DNA of 64,000 bases from the IMG/VR virus record IMGVR_UViG_2744054895_000002, positions 14,096-78,095 of that record; one strand, written 5' to 3'. The DNA is from a virus. Its lineage: Duplodnaviria; Caudoviricetes. The notes under the pieces were generated by a model, which was given only the letters and a program-made list of their open reading frames with translations, searched no databases and was not told where the DNA came from. This document shows, in pieces, positions 57,959 through 64,000 of the stretch (positions within the stretch are counted from its first letter, which is position 1; every line of letters starts with the position of its first letter). Both the position numbers and the translations under genes were made by a program.

Positions 57959-60057
57959 GGTCCGCGAGCCCGGGACGGCTGCGGCTGGGTGACCGGGTGA
58001 CGTTCGAGAAACGTACGTACACGGTCGTCGGGCTGACCGGGATGCGTGTTCGCCTGTCCGATGTCCACGGCACGGGCATGCTCATCGATCAGGTCCATCT
58101 CCAGGCGGCCGAGGACTTCGCTGTCCTGGGCGCCGGCGAGCGGGCCGCTCTGGGCTCGGCCGCGCTACTGGACCACCTGCCTGAGAAGGTCGCGGAGCGT
58201 GCGCTGTGGTGGCAGCACCACTTGATCGAGATCCTGACCGGTCTGCCTCCGGATGCTCCGGCGGGGGCCGGGCCCCGGCCCGAATACGACCCGGCCTGCC
58301 GGTCGCTGGCGGAACGTGAGCGGGCGAAGGCGGCGGAGCTGACCGCGCTGGGTGAGGAGATCAGCGCGCGGACCGTGAAGCGAAAACGGCAGCGCTACGA
58401 GGCCGGCGGCATCGCCGCGGTGGTGGACCACCGCCTTGCCCCGCACGCTTCGCTGCTGGGCCGGGCTGATCCTCGCGTGGTGGCGGCGATTCGCCAGGCC
58501 ATCGCGGAGAGTGTTCCGGCGTCCACCCGCACAATCGAGTACGCACGCTGGCGGACCGGACGGATCCTGGCCGCCGAGCACGGCGAGGGCCTGGTGGAGA
58601 TGCCGTCTCGGGCCACGTTCTACCGGCTCTTCGGGAAGCTGTCCGGCGGTGTCCACGTGACCGGGTCGGCTCGCACCCGGCGGGCCCTGGCTGATCAGCC
58701 GGAGGGCCCGTTCCGTTATGAGCAGGTCGCGGCCCCGGGTGAGCTGATGCAGATCGATTCCACTCCGCTGGATGTGCTGGTGCAGCTCGATGAGGGGGTG
58801 CCCGGCCGGGTCGAGCTCTGCGGCCTGGTTGATGTCGCGACCCGCACCATCGCCGCCGCGGTCGTGCGGCCCACCACCAAGTCGGTGGACGCCTCGCTGC
58901 TGCTGGCCCGTGCTCTGACCCCGGAACCGATGCGGCCCGGCTGGTCGGACGCACTGAAGATGTCCCGTTCGGTTCTGCCGCACCGCAGGCTGCTGTCGCT
59001 GGACGAGCGCCTGGAGCACGCAGCGGCCCGGCCGGTGATCATCCCCGAGACCATCGTCTGCGACCGGGGCAAGGCGTTCATCTCGGAGAACTTCCGCTCC
59101 GCCTGCCGAACTCTGGAGATCATCTTCCAGCCTTGCCACCCCCGGTCGCCCGCGGAGAAACCCCACATCGAGCGGACGCTCGAATCGGTAGCCACACTGT
59201 TCTGCCAGTTCCTCCCCGGCTACTTGGGCCGCACGGCCGAGCATCGCGGACGGAACGTCGAGGCCGAGCCCCTGTGGTCAATGCTGGAGATCCAGGAATT
59301 TCTGGACGAATAGCTCATCTCCAAGTGGCAAAACAGGCACCACGACGGACTCAGGGACCCCGGCAGTCCCGGCCGCACCTTCACCCCGAACCACAAGTAC
59401 GCCAGTCTCGTCGAGAGTGCCGGCTACGTCCCCCTGGCACTGACCGGGGACGACTACGTCGAACTGCTGCCTGCGACCTGGCAGGCCGTCAACTCCTACG
59501 GCGTCAAGATCAACCACCGCATCTACGACTGCGCGGAGCTGGGCCCCTTTCGGCGCCAGCCTTCCGGAGTCACCCGCAAGCGGAACCTGTGGGAGGTCCA
59601 CCGCGACCCCTACGACGCCAACTGGATCTGGGTCCGCAACCACTGGGAGGGCGGCTGGATTCCGGTCCCGTGGAAGCACCTCGGCACCATCCCGCAGCCC
59701 TTCGGCGATCTGGCCTGGGATCACGCCGCAGCCGACCTGCGTCAGCAGGGCGAGAGCGACCCGACCGAGGAGCAGATCGCCCAGGCGGTCACGGAACTCC
59801 TGACCCGAGCCAGCCAGGGCCCCGGCGGCGACGGGAAGGCTCGGCCCTCCCGTCGCGACCGGCGGGTCGCCGCCCGGACCCGCGCCGCCGCCGAGAACCC
59901 CGGCCCGCGACCGCCCCAGCCCGAGACGACACCAGCCGGCACAGATGACCCGCCGCCCCACGATGACGAGGAGGGCGGCGACCAGGACGAACCGGTCGCG
60001 AAGGTCATCCCGCTCGGCGTTTTCGACCCCTTCAAGGAGGCTGACAAGCGATGGTGA
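57955..60057 (+). pseudogene. TnsB/Mu-like DDE transposase with internal TAG at 59311-59313
   Basis: QIDSTPLD, VDVATR, CDRG, KPHIER; frame continues past the stop to TGA 60057. Confidence 0.85.
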
Positions 60058-60580
60058 CCGCGACCGGCCCCGCCCCCGGCCAGCAGCCGGACCCGGGCCG
60101 GCACCACGGCTGGCGACGTGCCCTGGACCGGGAGGAACTGCACCGCTACCTCACCACCCTGGAAGGCTGGAGGGAGTTCGCCGTCCGGGATCCGGCCCCG
60201 CCCGACCTGCTGCCCGACCGTGTCCTGGACAGCCTGGATCCGGAGGAGCGGGAGGACTACGACGACGGCCGCATCGACTACCACACCCGGCTGACCGTGG
60301 CCGAGACCTCCACCTTGCGCACCGTCGTCCACACGGGCAGGCGCCTGACCCCCTCGAACAGGCCCTGCGACTGCACCACCACCGGCCCAAGACCCTGGAA
60401 GGGCTGGCCCACTACCTCCACGACCGCACCGGCGGGATGATCGGCTCCTTGTCCCACCTCATCCGCGGCGCGGCCATCGACGCCATCCTGGACGGCACCG
60501 AGAAGATCACCCGCAAGTCCCTGCAGAAGGTGAAGCTCGACCGCGCGGCACAGAACCGCAGAGCCCGACCGGCCTCATGA
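60051..60580 (+). pseudogene. TnsC/TniB ATPase remnant (large internal deletion)
   Basis: N-term LTTLEGW..F and C-term YLHDRTGGMIGSLSHL..AIDAI..G.EKIT; Walker motifs missing. Confidence 0.75.
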
Positions 60581-61713
60581 GCACAGGCGAGAACGACGAT
60601 GGCCGGCTCCTCCGACTACTGCCGGTCCGCCCCCGCCCAAAAACCGGAGAAAGCACGGACTCCTACGTCCGCCGGCTGGCCCGAGCCAACCACCTCAAGC
60701 CCAGCTACCTCCGCGGATACCTCGTCGGCCCACCGGACTACGGACGCGGCAAACGCCCGCGAGCCGACCGGCTCGCAGCAGTCACCGGACGCCGGCAAGA
60801 CGCGCTGGAACGGGCACTCTCCGATCTGGTGCGACAGAAGCGTCCGGAACCCGAGAAACCCAAGCGCAGCTTCACCAAGACCGCGGACAAGCCCGCGCTC
60901 TTCGCAGCGATCCGCAAGGACGCCCAAACCGAGCAACTGCCGGTCTCACATCTGGCGAGGCGTCACCGCGTCAGCCACGCCACGGTCCGGCAGGCCCTGA
61001 AGTCACCAACGCCGCCGCCCCGCAAGAAACGGCCCCCCATCGTGGGCCCTGCCAAGGAACGAGTCGGCCCCACCATCGACGCCATCCTCGACGAATACGC
61101 CACTACGCACGCCGGCCAGCTCCCCACCGTGAGAGAGGTCTGGGAGACGCTGCTGGACGACCACGACATCACCGTCTCCTATGGAACAGTCCACCGCTAC
61201 ATGTCCAGCCACCCGCTCAAGAACCCGGACACGTTGATCAGCCACGCTGAACCCACCACAGGAAACCACCTCGTCTCGGCCCAACAGACCTTCCACGCGA
61301 CCGCGTTCAAGCAGTACCGGGCGCTGCTGACCGCAATCCGCCGCGAACCTGCCCGGAACGGCCTCGACGGCACCTTCGCCACGGCCACCGCCTTCGTCCT
61401 CGGCCTGGACGCCGGAAGCAACTGGCACATGCTCGCCGGCTTCCAGGAATGGCTCGTCGTCCGCCACGGCACAGGACACAACCTGACCTGGCCGATCCTC
61501 GTCCGTCACCTCGCCCCTGGAGGATGGGTCCACCCCCTCACGCAGCCGACCGACATCGCAGCCGTGACCACACTCCACCAACTCCTCAGCGAGTTCTTCG
61601 ACGCGCGAGAACAGCCGGACGGCCTGGGAAGGATCTTCAAGAGCTACCAGTCGTGGCTGACGACCCAGGCGTGGTATCAGTTCGAAACAGCAGAGCCGGA
61701 CCAGATCGGCTGA
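60577..61713 (+). CDS. TniQ-like N-terminus plus HTH plus unrelated C-terminal domain
   Basis: LPVRPRP..GES..SYVRRLARANHL; LARRHRVSHATVRQAL HTH; GFQEWL C-domain. Confidence 0.65.
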   Translation: MSTGENDDGRLLRLLPVRPRPKTGESTDSYVRRLARANHLKPSYLRGYLVGPPDYGRGKRPRADRLAAVTGRRQDALERALSDLVRQKRPEPEKPKRSFTKTADKPALFAAIRKDAQTEQLPVSHLARRHRVSHATVRQALKSPTPPPRKKRPPIVGPAKERVGPTIDAILDEYATTHAGQLPTVREVWETLLDDHDITVSYGTVHRYMSSHPLKNPDTLISHAEPTTGNHLVSAQQTFHATAFKQYRALLTAIRREPARNGLDGTFATATAFVLGLDAGSNWHMLAGFQEWLVVRHGTGHNLTWPILVRHLAPGGWVHPLTQPTDIAAVTTLHQLLSEFFDAREQPDGLGRIFKSYQSWLTTQAWYQFETAEPDQIG

Positions 61714-62234
61714 GACAGCCTCCGGTATCCACCCGTCCGGGACCACATCACCCGAGAATCCCGGCATCTCCACGTCTCACCTGAACTGGTCGCCGCACGT
61801 CAGCGGCCCGCCCCTGAACCAGATCCTTTGAGACGGGACAGAGGAGTACGCGCTTCTACGCGTACACCTCAAGCTGCTCCAGCCGCATGACTTCACGTTC
61901 GCACGTGAAGCGGTCCCCGCTCCGCGTGCAGCGCAGATGCCCTTATGCCGTTCCGCTTCTTGACGCGCAGTGATCTATGGTGGAGGTGGGGCTCTGGGGG
62001 AAGCACCGCTCCGGAGAAAAGCCTGAAGTGCATGCGGTGCGGTTTCGCGACCGGGGGCGGGCACATGGAGGTCGACGCGAGCGGAATCGGCTCGGCCACG
62101 CTGCTGAGCGGAGCCCGCATACCTTGTGGTGAGCTGGCCGCCGGCTTGGCGCTGCGGATGGTGCGCGAGCAGCACAGCGTCATCCACCGCTGCGCCTCTT
62201 CACCCGAACTGCTCAGCTGCTGGGGAGCCTTGTC

Positions 62235-63526
62235 ATGACGAAGGACGTCATCGCCCTGACCAAGCAGTTGCCGGACCCGCGGACCATCGCGGCTGCTCTG
62301 TTGTCGGGAGGACCTGACCTGCGGTTGCAGACCCTGGGCGAGGGTGCTGTGGTGCAGTTGGCCGATGACGAGGCGCGTCCGCTGGTATCCATCGAGTCCC
62401 CGATGCTGCTGGCTGTGCCGTACGAAGGTTGGGCGGCGTGGTGTGGCCGCCGGAGGCTGCGGAGGAGGGGATCGGTGTCGTCGACACCTACGGCGCCCAG
62501 ACCCCTCCCGCGCCTCACCCCGAACAGCCCGCGGTGGATGTCTTGACCGACACCGCGGCCGTCCTTTTTCAGGACCGTCCGGTTCTCGCGTTGTCCTCGT
62601 GGCTGGGGAATGCGCTGCTGTCCGCTGTGGCGGAGGAGCGCCATGTGCAGATCGTCACCCCGCCTCATACGCTGCTGACGCTCCCCGCCCGCCTCGCGCT
62701 GGCGGAAGTTGAGGGGCGTTGGGTGGTGCGGGAGGAGAGCGGGGGCTACTACGACGGTCTGACCGGGGCGGTGCTGCGCTGGCAGGGCGATTCCTTCGCC
62801 CCTGTCCCGGACAGCTCGCGGGAGACCGGTGGAACCGGCACGGCGGCGGCTTTCGCTCCGGTGCCCAACCCGGATGAGCGTCAGCTGCTGCTGTCCGTCC
62901 GTACCTGCCACCGGGCCGATGAACACCTTTTGCTCGGCGGGTCGTTGGAGGCCGCCTGGCAGCACCTGACCGGGGCCGCTCCGGCCGCCTGGGGCACGGC
63001 CGAGCCGGCCGGACTGCCGTGGTCCCGACGCAATCTCACCGACTTCGCGCGGGAACGCGCTCCGCGGCCGACCAGACTGGTGGTTGTCGGCGCGCCCGGG
63101 CGCCCGGCTGTCGCCGCCCTGAACATCCTGCGCACCGCGGACGGCGTGGAAGAGGACATCAACCTCGGGGTCGGCTACGGCAAGGGCGAGGAGCCGCCGT
63201 TTGACGCGCTCGCTGACCTCGCGCATGACCTGGCTTCCCATCACCATCTGCGTTCGGCCCTGTTCCATGTGCGGACTGGGCGGCGGGATGTGAACGCTCC
63301 GGCGAGCTTCGAGACGCCGCCCATCCCGCTGGCCCTGGCGCTCGGCGCGGAGGAAGCCCGAAGGACCGGTGCCCGAGGTGAGAAGGTGCCGATTTCCCGG
63401 CCGCCGCGGGCCATCGGAGCGCGCCGCAGTCCAGGCAGGTACTTCTATTTGGGAGAGGCCGACTCCCCGTCCAACTGGGCAGCCCTGCGTTCCCTCTTGG
63501 GGCATCTGCGCGGCCAGGACGCATAG
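62235..63526 (+). pseudogene. DUF6177-like protein, frameshift/deletion near 62425
   Basis: MTKDVIALT N-term; QDRPV...WL, GYYDGL.G, WGTAEP in second frame. Confidence 0.65.
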
Positions 63527-63613
63527 CGCGAAGGACTTTCTACCGCAGAGATCAGTGGCTTGAGGCGGAGCACGTTCGACCCGGCGTGCTCCGGAGAGTA
63601 ATCGGGGGGGATC

Positions 63614-64000
63614 ATGACGAAATGGAACATCGATCCGGCGGGCGTGGGCCGCATTGTCGGTGAAGCCGGACGCACCGCCGGGCATTTCGAGGGGGAGCTC
63701 AAATCCATCAGCTCTCATCTGGAGAGCGCGATGAAAGCGGCCGGGACATTGGACTTCGGGGGCGAGAGCGAGACGCCTGAGGTCGGCCTGGTGGGCATGA
63801 CGCTGGGGCAGTACGCCACGGCCCAGCAGTCGGACCTCGCTTTCATCGTGGCCCGCGCTGACAAGTCGCTGCAAGGTGCGGTGGATGCGACGGAGGAGTA
63901 CAACAAGGGGGCTTTGGACATGGCGGCCAACGCGCAGGACGAGGCACTCAAAGCGCCCTTCATCGATCTGGATGGCCCGGGGGAGAAGGGCGCCAAGTGA
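63614..64000 (+). CDS. DUF6507-like (WXG100-like) small protein
   Basis: W.IDPAGV N-term; GAVDAT..Y..G.L.MA. Confidence 0.65.
   Translation: MTKWNIDPAGVGRIVGEAGRTAGHFEGELKSISSHLESAMKAAGTLDFGGESETPEVGLVGMTLGQYATAQQSDLAFIVARADKSLQGAVDATEEYNKGALDMAANAQDEALKAPFIDLDGPGEKGAK

Larger units (their letters stand above)
56330..61840 (+). mobile_element. Decayed Tn7/Tn5053-like transposon with 5-bp TSD GAGGA
   Basis: Ends TGTCCTGTCTC..GATCTGG / CCAGATC..GAGACGGGACA; GAGGA at 56325-56329 and 61841-61845; tnsA/B/C/tniQ-like genes inside. Confidence 0.85.

Noticed and set aside
56330-61840. CRISPR-associated transposon
   Set aside because: No cas genes or array between the ends
62213-63874. Long antisense and alternate-frame ORFs (also 3706-4983, 15013-16272, 19844-21175, 40320-41594)
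   Set aside because: Shadow ORFs of high-GC genes with no recognisable motifs

Overview
High-GC actinobacterial DNA, Streptomyces-like. Positions 1 to ~54,560 are most of a siphovirus-type prophage: TerL (5'-partial), portal, head, tail, lysis and early/replication genes, ending at a duplicated 3' half of a tRNA(CAT), the att core at 54513-54560. The integrase and left end are not in the window. Accessory genes interrupt the structural module: an Mrr-like nuclease, two Rx4H (HEPN-like) proteins and a lipoprotein. Between the head and neck genes is a ~13.8-kb insert with a DUF6879/XRE/DUF397 cassette, a class I FxLD lanthipeptide cluster (precursor, LanB, LanC, PIMT-type methyltransferase, accessory gene; no protease or exporter recognised), a broken SLATT/DUF4231-like gene and a TRADD-N-associated membrane gene. 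Non-coding signals include a repeated TGCATATAGAATAGAA promoter/operator box, a start-associated GACCTCTTGGAG motif, palindromic iterons in the rep gene and a -1 frameshift site in the tail chaperone. Beyond att lie an IS30 fragment, a frameshifted methyltransferase, a decayed Tn7/Tn5053-like element (56330-61840, 5-bp target duplication GAGGA) and DUF6177/DUF6507-like genes. All family assignments are from motif recognition by eye, not database searches.
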